DNA of 64,000 nucleotides from Planctomycetota bacterium (GTDB taxonomy: Bacteria; Planctomycetota; UBA1135; JACQFD01), in NCBI GenBank assembly GCA_016792805.1, contig JAEUHX010000055.1, positions 17,481 to 81,480 of the forward strand, written 5' to 3'. How positions within the stretch are numbered: the stretch's first letter is position 1; every line of letters starts with the position of its first letter. This document shows positions 1 through 8,609 of this stretch, piece by piece. The notes under the pieces were generated by a model. The model worked only from the letters and a program-made list of their open reading frames with translations, was not told the origin of the DNA and made no database searches. The position numbers and the translations under genes are program-made.

Positions 1-751
1 CGCCTCCGTGGCCGACCAAGACGCCGGAGGGCATCCCGAGCTCCGTCGCCCGCGCCTGTGAGACGCGGCCGATCGCGGCGCCCGCAGCGACGAGCCGCGG
101 CGTGCGTCGGGCAAAATCGGGATCGATGGCAGACATCACAGATGCTGCGTACTCCCGGCGCCTCACATCAAAATAGCCCGTGCCGCTCGCGTCGCCGGCT
201 TCGGTCGCGCGCTCGCCCGTGAGCCAGAAGTTCAAATAATCGTGAGGCAACAAAATGGTGGCGCAGCGCTCGAACCGCTGCGGCTCCGTGCGCTTCAGCC
301 ACAGAACCTTGGAGGCCGTGAATCCCGGAGGCAGCGCGTTGCCGGTAATCCTGCGCACAGCCTCCGCGCCACCGCAAGCCTCGACGAGCGACTTCGCCTC
401 GGGTGCAGTGCTCACGTCGTTCCAGAGCTTGGCGGGTCGCAGCACGCGGCCGCGATCGTCCACCGCCACCATGCCGTGCTGCTGTCCCGAGACGGCGATC
501 GCGCGCACGCGCACCCGCTCTTTCCCAATTTTCTCGAGGACCTCTCGAATTGTGGCCTGCGCCGCCGCAATCCACAGCCGCGGATGCTGCTCCGACGCGC
601 CATGGGGCAGCCCGGCGATCGTGCCGTAGCGTCGACGCGCCGAGGCGAGCACCGCGTCGGGCGCGCCGCGCGCCGCCTTGGCGCCGTCGAGCACGAGGGT
701 CTTGAGCCCCTGCGTGCCGCAGTCCACACCGAGATAGAGGCCGTCGAGCAT
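1..751 (-). CDS. xylB: FGGY-family sugar kinase, xylulokinase-like (N-terminal ~250 aa; the 3' end runs off the window)
   Basis: Absent from the ORF track because there is no stop in the window. The reverse complement from ATG 751..749 reads MLDGLYLGVDCGTQGLKTLVLD...AVSGQQHGMVAVD...RPAKLWNDVST...TGNALPPGFTASKVLWLKRTEP...ILLPHDYLNFWLTGE...DASGTGYFDV. This matches conserved N-terminal xylulokinase/FGGY blocks. Confidence 0.8.
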   Translation of the reverse strand, partial: MLDGLYLGVDCGTQGLKTLVLDGAKAARGAPDAVLASARRRYGTIAGLPHGASEQHPRLWIAAAQATIREVLEKIGKERVRVRAIAVSGQQHGMVAVDDRGRVLRPAKLWNDVSTAPEAKSLVEACGGAEAVRRITGNALPPGFTASKVLWLKRTEPQRFERCATILLPHDYLNFWLTGERATEAGDASGTGYFDVRRREYAASVMSAIDPDFARRTPRLVAAGAAIGRVSQARATELGMPSGVLVGHGG

Positions 752-849
752 GGGAGGTATCGAGCGAGACGAAGTGTAACGCGCCCGGACTCCGGCGAAC
801 CGCGCCCTCTGCGGCGAGCGGTCGGCTCCGATCGCCCTCAGAAACGAGA

Positions 850-871
850 CCGCCCCGGCTGTCCGGGGCGG
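850..871 (-). terminator. Candidate intrinsic terminator downstream of citrate synthase
   Basis: A 9-bp GC stem (ccgccccgg / ccggggcgg) with a ctgt loop lies 40 nt after the gltA stop. On the minus strand it is followed by tctcgtttc, a weak T-tract. Confidence 0.4.
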
Positions 872-909
872 CGAAGCTCGCGAGCGCGAGCCGTGAACTC
901 GGCAGCCTG

Positions 910-2193
910 CTAGAGAACCGCGTTCGGCGTGCGCTTCTCGATCGGCGCCACCGTGCGATCGCCTGCGCCGGTGTAATCGGACATCGGGCGGATGAGCCGA
1001 TTATTGGCATACTGCTCGAGGACGTGCGACGCCCAGCCGACCACGCGGGAGACCGCAAAAATCGGCGTGAACAGCTCGATCGGCAGGCGCATCACGAAGT
1101 AGAGCGAAGCCGAGTAGAAGTCGACATTCGGATACAGATTCTTTTCTTTAACGATCAGATCCTGGATCCGAGTCGACATCTCGAACCACTTCGACTCGTG
1201 CTGCCGCTGGCCGAGCTCGCGGGAGAATTCCTTAAGAATCGTCGCCCGCGGATCCATCGTCTTGTACACACGGTGGCCGAATCCGGGAACCTTGCGCTTA
1301 TGTGCAAAGAACTTCTCTCGGATCGTCTTCTCGGCGTCGTCGACGCTCGGAATTTCGAGGAGCATGCGCATAACCTCCTCGTTGGCGCCTCCGTGGAGCG
1401 GCCCCTTCAGCGCACCGATGGCCGACGTGATCGCGCTGTGGATATCCGACAGCGTCGCCGCCGTCACGCGCGCCGCGAACGTCGATGCGTTGTATTCGTG
1501 ATCGGCGTGCAGCGTGAGCGCCACGTCGAACATGCGCTCGGCGCGCGGGTCGGGGACCTCGCCGTTGATCATGTAAAGGAAGTTCGCCGCGTGCCCGAGC
1601 GTCGGGCTCGGCTGAATCAGGTCCTTCCCGCGCCGCAGGCTATTGATACATGCAACAATCAGCGGCATCTGCGCGATCAGCCGGATCGCCTTGCGCTGAT
1701 TCGCCTCCGGAGAATTGTCGTTCGCGTCGGGATCGTAGAGCGCCGCGAGCGACACCGCCGTGCGCAGCTCCGCCATCGGCGAGCCGCTATGGGGCATTGA
1801 AATGATCGCAGAAGTAACTTCCCGCGGCAGCTTCCGCTCCGAGAGTAGCCGCTCCTTCAAACGCGCGAGCTGGTCCTTCGTCGGAAGGTCGCCATAGAGC
1901 AAGAGGTGAATGACCTCCTCGAAGCTCGCTTGTTGAAGATCATCGATCGAGTAGCCGCGGTAGACGAGGCGGCCGCGCTTGCCGTCGATGAAACAGATCT
2001 TGGAGGTGCCGACGACGACGTCTTCGAGGCCCGCCTTTTGGGCCTTTGCCGCGTCGGGTGTTGTCGGGTTCGAGGATTCGGGTGCCACGGACGCGTTTGC
2101 GGAGGTAAGGGGCTGTTCCGAAAGGGCTTGGGCCCTTGTTCTATGCGGATCCTTCCTCGCCAAAAAGGGGGCGGCGGCTTCAGCGCTCCCCAA
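910..2193 (-). CDS. gltA: Citrate synthase
   Basis: Motifs LHADHEYNASTFAARV, GPLHGGANE and GFGHRVYKTMDPRA are present. A ~55-aa low-complexity N-terminal extension leaves the true start uncertain. Confidence 0.93.
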   Translation of the reverse strand: MGSAEAAAPFLARKDPHRTRAQALSEQPLTSANASVAPESSNPTTPDAAKAQKAGLEDVVVGTSKICFIDGKRGRLVYRGYSIDDLQQASFEEVIHLLLYGDLPTKDQLARLKERLLSERKLPREVTSAIISMPHSGSPMAELRTAVSLAALYDPDANDNSPEANQRKAIRLIAQMPLIVACINSLRRGKDLIQPSPTLGHAANFLYMINGEVPDPRAERMFDVALTLHADHEYNASTFAARVTAATLSDIHSAITSAIGALKGPLHGGANEEVMRMLLEIPSVDDAEKTIREKFFAHKRKVPGFGHRVYKTMDPRATILKEFSRELGQRQHESKWFEMSTRIQDLIVKEKNLYPNVDFYSASLYFVMRLPIELFTPIFAVSRVVGWASHVLEQYANNRLIRPMSDYTGAGDRTVAPIEKRTPNAVL

Positions 2194-2219
2194 GTTCTGG
2201 GGTGCTCGGCGCCCCGCCG

Positions 2220-3032
2220 CTACGCGTCTTCTCGACGCTGGAAGAGCAGAACTGCGGCTCCAATCATCAGCACGCTGAGCCCCACCATCACGCCGAGCGA
2301 CCAGGAGGTTGAGGGAAGTTCAAAGACGGAGCCGATCTTCGCCATGCTCGTGAGGTCGGGCGGCCCCGAGAGGACCGACGGCGTCGTCGCCTCCACCTGA
2401 TAGTTGAAGGCAGTCGGGTCGACGTCAGCCCAATGGATGAACAGCGCGCGCGGATAGAGCCCCACGCTGTAGTAGGGCGCCGAGCCGGGGAGGTAGGCGA
2501 TCAGGTTCTCCCAACCGAAGGTGAACACGAGGCCGATCAGCACGGGGTTCTTGAGCGCCAGCCCGAAGACCAGGAACAGCGCGCAGTAGACGCCGGCTGC
2601 GAGCACGCAGCAGCTCATCAGGCGAAACGTGAGCAGCGCAAAGAAGCCCGTGTTCGGCGTGCCCCAGCCGCACACGAGACCCACAGCGGCGACTCCGATC
2701 ATCAGCGAGAACGACGAGCAAACCCACGCGCTCAGGAATTTCGCGATGACGTAGCTCGCGCGCGTGGGTGGGCGAGTCAACAGATAGACGATCGTTCGGC
2801 TCTCGAACTGCTCGTGGAACGCCGAGACGGCGTGAAAGACCGGCACGAGCGCCGCGAGCGCGCTCAGATAGAGGACCGACATGGTCTCCTCCATCATCGG
2901 GCGCGGCGCGGCGTCGTAGATTCGGGCGATGACACAAATCACGGTCGGCAGAAGGCACACGACCGTGAGAATTGCGGTCAGCTTCGAGAGCAGATCGCGC
3001 CGGAGGAAAAGTAAGAAGGCCGTGAGGATCAT
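2220..3032 (-). CDS. ABC-2-type exporter permease (second copy)
   Basis: ORF 2220..3116 trimmed to ATG 3032 (MILTAFLLFL...), which forms an ATGA overlap with the stop of the upstream ATPase. The protein has about 6 hydrophobic helices. Confidence 0.7.
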   Translation of the reverse strand: MILTAFLLFLRRDLLSKLTAILTVVCLLPTVICVIARIYDAAPRPMMEETMSVLYLSALAALVPVFHAVSAFHEQFESRTIVYLLTRPPTRASYVIAKFLSAWVCSSFSLMIGVAAVGLVCGWGTPNTGFFALLTFRLMSCCVLAAGVYCALFLVFGLALKNPVLIGLVFTFGWENLIAYLPGSAPYYSVGLYPRALFIHWADVDPTAFNYQVEATTPSVLSGPPDLTSMAKIGSVFELPSTSWSLGVMVGLSVLMIGAAVLLFQRREDA

Positions 3033-3976
3033 CCGACCAACATTTGGAAAACGGCCTCGAGATTCTCGTCCGTGAGCGAAAGCTCGTCGACGCGCGCCGT
3101 CTGCGATGCGGCGCACTCGGTGACCCAGTCGAACAGCAGGTCGGGGCGCGTCGTGTCGACCAGCAGGCGGTCGCCCGACTCGAACGCCACGCCGATGACG
3201 CCGTCGAGGCCGAGCACGCGATGGCCGAGGCCGCGCGGGTCAGGCGTCGTGATGGCAATGCGATGCGGCTTTGTACGAATCGCCTCGCGAATCTCGCGCA
3301 CGCTCCCCTCCGCCAGCACGCGGCCGTGGACGAGGAGGATCACTTTTTGTGACATCGCATCGACCTCGTGGAGGATGTGGGAGCTCACCACGACGGTCTT
3401 TCCTTCCTTGCCGAGGGCATCCATCAGCGAGACGGTGGCGTGCCGCGCGAGCGGATCCATGCCGTTCAGCGGCTCATCGAGGAAGACCACTTCGGGGTCG
3501 TGCACGATGGCCTGTGCGAACTTCACGCGTTGGCGCATGCCCTTACTCATGCCGCCGAGCTTTTTGTGCATCACGTCGGTGAGTCCGACGCGGTCGAGAG
3601 CGCGCTCGGCGGCCGCGCGCGCGGGCGGCTTTTCCATTCCATGCAGGCGCGCGAGCCACGTAACAAATTCGAGCCCGCGCATCTCCTCGAAAAATTTGTC
3701 GACGTCGGGGCAAATGCCGACGCGCTTGAACACCGACGGGTCGCCGTGGGGATCGCTCCCGAGGAGGCTCACACGGCCCGAACTCGGCGCGCAGAGCCCC
3801 GTGAGGCATTTGAACAGTGTGGACTTCCCGGCCCCGTTGGGGCCAAGGAGTCCCGTCACTCCGCCTCCGATCGACATGGAGACATTCGTGAGCGCGACGA
3901 CGTCGCCGAACCACTTCGAGAGATTCCTCACCTCGATGGTGAGCCTCTTCTCCGCCGATCCGTTGCCTGCACTCAC
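3029..3976 (-). CDS. ABC transporter ATP-binding protein (second copy)
   Basis: Walker A GPNGAGKST, signature-like MSKGMRQRV, Walker B VVFLDEP. There is a C-terminal extra domain of about 90 aa. Confidence 0.92.
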   Translation of the reverse strand: MSAGNGSAEKRLTIEVRNLSKWFGDVVALTNVSMSIGGGVTGLLGPNGAGKSTLFKCLTGLCAPSSGRVSLLGSDPHGDPSVFKRVGICPDVDKFFEEMRGLEFVTWLARLHGMEKPPARAAAERALDRVGLTDVMHKKLGGMSKGMRQRVKFAQAIVHDPEVVFLDEPLNGMDPLARHATVSLMDALGKEGKTVVVSSHILHEVDAMSQKVILLVHGRVLAEGSVREIREAIRTKPHRIAITTPDPRGLGHRVLGLDGVIGVAFESGDRLLVDTTRPDLLFDWVTECAASQTARVDELSLTDENLEAVFQMLVG

Positions 3977-4869
3977 GACACCACCTCGATGGGGCGCACC
4001 TTGCGAACCAAGACTCCGATGGAAACGAGCGCGAGGAACGCGAGCCAGATCGCGGAGGTGAGCGTCGAGGTCTTCAGCGAATGCAGATTTTCCGGCACAC
4101 CAAGAATCGCATGCTGAATCTGGAACAACGCTTCCACATATCCAAACCCCCTCAAGTAGACCGCCGCCGGCTCATAGGCTCGGTTCACGGCCGCGGCGAG
4201 CGCGCCGATCAAACCGCTTGTGATGAAGGCGAATCCGGCATAGCCGGCGAGCGCCACCCAGCCGCGGGAGATCAGCGCGGAGAAGGCCAGGACGAGCAGA
4301 GAGACGCTGGTGGAATGCACAATTGACCACGCCGCGAGCCGAATCGGATAGCTGAGCGTCTTCGAGAGGCGGTCGGGGTCGAGCGAAAGGGCATTGTCAA
4401 AATACCAGATCGTGAGAGCGGGGATCAGCGTCGCGCCAAGCACGAGCACAAAAAGCCCGAGCCAACGGCCGAGCAGATAGGAGCCGAGAGTCACCGGCCG
4501 CGCGAAGATCGCTTCGAGAGCATTGCCCCGGCGGTCGTTGCCGATCGCGGCGCTTCCGACGATGCCGGCGATGATCATCGCCACGACGCCTTGGCTGCTC
4601 AGGAACTGGAAGTAGCTCTTGATCTCGAAGACGAACATCGCTCCCATGCGCCCGCGGAAGCCCGAGCCGGAGTCCATTGCCTGGATCTGATAGCGAAGGT
4701 ACAGATACACGATCGCGATCAACGTGGGCACCGCGCCGATCAGGTAGGTCCAGAAAAGCGTCCGGTTGCGGAATGCGAGAAGAATTGTGTTCTCGAGGAT
4801 TGGGAACCAGACCGGAGTGCGCGAGCGCTGCCCGCGAAACCCTTCATAAGTGAGATCATAAATCGGCAT
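3973..4869 (-). CDS. ABC-2-type exporter permease (first copy)
   Basis: Polytopic membrane protein beginning MPIYDLTYEGFRGQRSRTPVWF. It overlaps the downstream ATPase start by 4 nt and starts 2 nt after the upstream ATPase stop. Confidence 0.7.
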   Translation of the reverse strand: MPIYDLTYEGFRGQRSRTPVWFPILENTILLAFRNRTLFWTYLIGAVPTLIAIVYLYLRYQIQAMDSGSGFRGRMGAMFVFEIKSYFQFLSSQGVVAMIIAGIVGSAAIGNDRRGNALEAIFARPVTLGSYLLGRWLGLFVLVLGATLIPALTIWYFDNALSLDPDRLSKTLSYPIRLAAWSIVHSTSVSLLVLAFSALISRGWVALAGYAGFAFITSGLIGALAAAVNRAYEPAAVYLRGFGYVEALFQIQHAILGVPENLHSLKTSTLTSAIWLAFLALVSIGVLVRKVRPIEVVS

Positions 4870-4871
4870 GG

Positions 4872-5870
4872 CTATCGCGCCGCCCCCGAATCGGCGAGCT
4901 CTCCGGCGCGCAGGCTGTCGAGGAAGACTTCCTCGAGCGAGCGCTGGAGCGCGGAAAGCTCGAGCACCGCCACTCCCGCCGCGCGCGCCGCAGCGAACAC
5001 GAACTCCGAGCCCGCATCACCCGGTGGCTCGACGATCGTGCCGCGCCGGTCCGGCTCCGACGAGGAGGCGCCGCGCTGCGCGACCTCGGCGCGGAATCGC
5101 TCCATGGAGCCGGCGACGCGCACGACGAATGCCTTGCGCTCCGAACGCTTCAAATCGGCGATCGGGCCATAGGCGCGCAGCCGTCCCTTCGACATCACCA
5201 TCACTTGCGAGCATACAAATTCCACGTCAGGCAATAAGTGGCTTGCAAGAATTGTGTGGATGCCGTGCTGCTGGTTCAGCGCCCGGCAGAGCTCCAACAT
5301 TTGCCGGCGGCCGGCGGGATCGAGCCCGTTCGTCGGCTCGTCGAGAAATACAAGTTTCGGCCCGTGCACTAATGCGGCCGCGAGCTTGACGCGCTGCTTC
5401 ATGCCGACGCTAAAGGTCTCGACGGCGCGGTAGCGCGCCTCCTCGAGGCCGGCGAACCAAAGGCACTCATGGGCGCGCGTCCGGGCGTCGACCAGCGTGA
5501 GCCCCGAAAGCTCGCCCAAAAATGTGAGCCACTGCACCGCGTTCAGGTGCTGCGGAAAGCTGTCGCGCTCGGACATGTAGCCGACGGAGCGGCGGATCTC
5601 GGCGCCGTCGCGGTGGATGTCGAGGCCGAGCACGCGCCCGGAGCCGGCGGCAGGTCGCAGCATCCCGAGGATGCAGCGGATCATGGTCGACTTCCCAGCG
5701 CCGTTGGGTCCCAACAGCCCCATGGCTCCGCCCTGAAAGGAGAGCGTCATCTCGTGGAGGGCGCGAAAGCGCCCGTAGTCCACGCAGAGACGATCAAGCT
5801 CGAGGATCAATGCGCAAGTGTGCTCGGCGCCAGGGTGGAGTGAGGGTAGCGCCCGGCGGCGCGGACGCAA
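4872..5870 (-). CDS. ABC transporter ATP-binding protein (first copy)
   Basis: Walker A GPNGAGKST, FSVGMKQRV, Walker B LVFLDEPTNGLD. The exact start is uncertain. Confidence 0.9.
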   Translation of the reverse strand: MRPRRRALPSLHPGAEHTCALILELDRLCVDYGRFRALHEMTLSFQGGAMGLLGPNGAGKSTMIRCILGMLRPAAGSGRVLGLDIHRDGAEIRRSVGYMSERDSFPQHLNAVQWLTFLGELSGLTLVDARTRAHECLWFAGLEEARYRAVETFSVGMKQRVKLAAALVHGPKLVFLDEPTNGLDPAGRRQMLELCRALNQQHGIHTILASHLLPDVEFVCSQVMVMSKGRLRAYGPIADLKRSERKAFVVRVAGSMERFRAEVAQRGASSSEPDRRGTIVEPPGDAGSEFVFAAARAAGVAVLELSALQRSLEEVFLDSLRAGELADSGAAR

Positions 5871-5884
5871 CGGCGCTCCGTTCT

Positions 5885-7891
5885 TCAGGGAACGAGCTTC
5901 ACGCGGACCGCTTGAGCATGGGTGACTCCGAAGTAGGGCACGATCTCGAGGCGGAAGCGGTCGACGCGGTCGGGGAGATCGAATCGTCCATCCGCACCCA
6001 AGACGGTGCGCTGCACCTGGTCACCCGACGGGAAGTTCACAGCAAGCGGTATGGGGTACTGGACGCCCATCAGATCGTGGTGTCCCGCCGCCTCGGCGAC
6101 GAGCTTCGCTCCCGTGGGCGCGCGCACAAGCGGGAAGATCCACGCCGAGGCGTCGTGGAGCGGCGAGAAAACGACCGGACTGCCGGGCTCGTTTCGCCAT
6201 ACCCGTATGGCGGAGGAGATCCAAGGCGGCTGCTTTCGGTCGGCCGTCTCAAGGTCGAGCAGCCAGGGGCTTTCCAAGGTCACGTCACCCTCCGGTACGC
6301 CATCGAGGAGGTCGAACGCCGGTTCTCCCGACGCACGTGCCAAGAGAACCGCGTCGACTGCGCGCTGCCCCGACATCCCCTGATGGAGCTGAAGCTCCGC
6401 GCGTCCCGTGGCTCTCCGGAAGCGCCAAGTCGGACTCGGCCCGAAGGCCGGTACGCCACCGTGAATAACCGGTAGATCGTGAATGGTGAGATCGTCCCAC
6501 ATGGGGTGCTCGGCGACCTTGGACGCAACAGATCGGATCCGGAGCTCGACGGCTTCGGCGCTCGACCGATAGCTCCGCGCGTTTAGCGCCCCGGCGCCGA
6601 GGAACCCGGTCAAGACGCAAACGAGGAGCGCAAAGCCGTGTCGCGCTCCCCCGAGGCAGCCGGCAGAAATCCAACAAAGCCCGAGGACCGGAAGCACGAG
6701 GTGCCGCGTCCCTTCGAGTTCGACCCCGACCGGAAGAGAAGCCGCCACGGGCACGATTCCGCAAATGGCTACGGATCCCCCCATGGCAACAGCGCCGCGA
6801 AGCCCTGCAGAGCGGGCTCCGAACAGTAAGACAACAAAAGGTACGAGCGCGGACGCGGTCCTCGCGACGCCGAGATGCGGCGCGCTCTCCTCGGTGCGAA
6901 CCCAACACATCCAGAGGCTCGGAAGCTCGCGCTCCAAGGACGCGAGGAGACCCGCGACCGAGTTCTGTAGGATCAGCGACTCACCGCTCGGGCCGCGGTA
7001 GCCGCCGAAGGAGCCGAGCTGCCACCACCGCAGCGCAAGCGCCGCGAGGAGCGCGACGGCCGAAGGAGCCGCGAGGCGGAGGGCGCCGCGGAAGGAGCGC
7101 GACGGGCGAGGCGCGGCGAGCCACGCGACGGCGCACGCCACAATCGGAAGAAGAAAAGTATCTTCCTTCGAGAGATACGCCCCCGAGGAAAGCGCCGCGA
7201 GCAGCGCCGCGCGACCGCGTGAAAGAGTCCGGCGAGGGAGCCAGGCAATGGTCGAGAGGAAGCAGGCTAGCGAGAGAAGCGAGCAGTGATTCGTAACCCA
7301 ATAGACGAGGTCGACCCCGAGCGGATTTGCGGCAAATAGCAATGCACAAAAGTGCGCCACCCTTCTCCCAGCCCCACATCGCCGCAGCGCCGGAACGATC
7401 AGCAGGCAGTCCGCCACGAAGAGCGCCGCCGAGACGGCGTGTCCAAGTGTTGCATCATCGGGCGAGAGTCTTTGGAGAAACCAGAAAAGTGCATAACTCG
7501 TCGGGCGGAAGAAGGGCTCGTTGCCGCCGAAGTGGGCGCGCATCGCATCGAAGACGGTGGGAGAGTTCTCGGCGCGCGCGAGGTACAAGAAATCGTCGGA
7601 GAGGTAGGGAATCGCGAGTGATCCGCAGACCGAGGCCGCCGCCACCGCGGCGATCCCGAGCTTCCACAAAACCCCGTGGCGCCTCGAGGCCCCTTCGCCG
7701 CGCGCGTCGGTGGGGCGCGCCTCCCCAGGGAGGAGCGCGGTCGCGAACCCGGCCAGAAGGAGGGCGTTGCGCACCGCGGCGGGAAGCCCAAGGGGCAGCG
7801 TCACGATCCCGGCGATGGATAGGACGGCGAGTGCCCATGGGCGGGGTTGGCTCCCCCACCTCCACTTGGGAGATGCCGTAGATGCGGTCAT
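5885..7891 (-). CDS. Polytopic membrane protein, GT-C-fold glycosyltransferase-like (PMT/TMTC/ArnT-type)
   Basis: ORF 5885..8239 trimmed to ATG 7891 (MTASTASPKWRW...). The upstream 116 codons are non-protein-like and overlap the divergent gene. There are at least 10 hydrophobic segments. The first loop carries YLSDDFLYL...FFRPTSY, a DD...FRP signature. A ~170-aa soluble C-terminal domain follows. Confidence 0.5.
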   Translation of the reverse strand: MTASTASPKWRWGSQPRPWALAVLSIAGIVTLPLGLPAAVRNALLLAGFATALLPGEARPTDARGEGASRRHGVLWKLGIAAVAAASVCGSLAIPYLSDDFLYLARAENSPTVFDAMRAHFGGNEPFFRPTSYALFWFLQRLSPDDATLGHAVSAALFVADCLLIVPALRRCGAGRRVAHFCALLFAANPLGVDLVYWVTNHCSLLSLACFLSTIAWLPRRTLSRGRAALLAALSSGAYLSKEDTFLLPIVACAVAWLAAPRPSRSFRGALRLAAPSAVALLAALALRWWQLGSFGGYRGPSGESLILQNSVAGLLASLERELPSLWMCWVRTEESAPHLGVARTASALVPFVVLLFGARSAGLRGAVAMGGSVAICGIVPVAASLPVGVELEGTRHLVLPVLGLCWISAGCLGGARHGFALLVCVLTGFLGAGALNARSYRSSAEAVELRIRSVASKVAEHPMWDDLTIHDLPVIHGGVPAFGPSPTWRFRRATGRAELQLHQGMSGQRAVDAVLLARASGEPAFDLLDGVPEGDVTLESPWLLDLETADRKQPPWISSAIRVWRNEPGSPVVFSPLHDASAWIFPLVRAPTGAKLVAEAAGHHDLMGVQYPIPLAVNFPSGDQVQRTVLGADGRFDLPDRVDRFRLEIVPYFGVTHAQAVRVKLVP

Positions 7892-7956
7892 GGCCAAATT
7901 CTGGCATCGTGTTTGTCCTGATGGAGCGTGATGCCCCACTCCTAGCGAGGTGACCT

Positions 7957-8490
7957 GTGCCCAAGCGTGTTTCTGTTTCCGTCCGCAACAAGCTGCCGCA
8001 ACCCAAGACGCTGGTTCCGAATCCGAAAGGCACAGCTCTCTGCCCGTCGTGCTCGGCCATTTATGAGCGCAAGCGCTGGTTCGAAAATCAGGCGCGCGCA
8101 CGCGAGCTTGCGGCGGATCGGACGGTGGCGCTCGTACGCTGTCCCGCGTGCGCGCGACAGAAGGCCAACTACCCCGAGGGAATCTTGACGGTGACAGGCG
8201 CGTTCGTGGCAGCGCACCACGACGACATTCTTCACACAATTGTCTCCACGTCGAAGCGCGAGCGGGCGCACGACACTCTCTGCCGCCTGCTCGACGTGCG
8301 CGCGTCGCGGGAAGGCATGACGGTGACCACGGCGAATGAACGCCTCGCGCGCAAGCTCGGACATGTGTTACATTCGTCGTTCGGTGGAGAGCTCACTTTT
8401 GTGTTCTCCCACGATGACCGGCTGACACGCGTTCACTGGAACCGTGACTCGCTCGGCCGCGAATCGGCGCGCACGGTGAAGAAGAGATAA
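7957..8490 (+). CDS. NMD3-like zinc-ribbon protein (resembles what I recall NCBI labelling the 'BCAM0308 family')
   Basis: Two CxxC pairs (CPSCSAIY...RCPACARQ) are followed by an ~100-aa domain. The sequence is protein-like and the gene is divergent from the GT-C gene. The family assignment is from memory only. Confidence 0.55.
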   Translation: MPKRVSVSVRNKLPQPKTLVPNPKGTALCPSCSAIYERKRWFENQARARELAADRTVALVRCPACARQKANYPEGILTVTGAFVAAHHDDILHTIVSTSKRERAHDTLCRLLDVRASREGMTVTTANERLARKLGHVLHSSFGGELTFVFSHDDRLTRVHWNRDSLGRESARTVKKR

Positions 8491-8609
8491 GCGTCTCTGC
8501 TTCGGCATGGACGGGGTGGTGTGGCGCGCGCCCCGGGGTGACCAGGGAGGACGCTTCAAAAGTCCTCCACGCGCCAACCCCACACATCCGAGTTCGCCGC
8601 CACAGACAG

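Noticed and set aside
168-1058. Long Arg/Pro/Ala-rich ORFs overlapping real genes on the opposite strand or in other frames. Examples: 168..1058, 15585..16403, 27440..27982, 29972..31114, 31101..31907, 44374..45207, 49116..49820.
   Set aside because: These are typical shadow ORFs of a high-GC genome. They have low-complexity RRR/PPP composition and no motifs, and each overlaps a gene with clear family signatures.
8546-8568. A hairpin, ggaggac-N9-gtcctcc, between the convergent genes ending at 8490 and 8610.
   Set aside because: It has a 7-bp stem with a 9-nt loop and no T-tract on either side, which is too weak to call a terminator.
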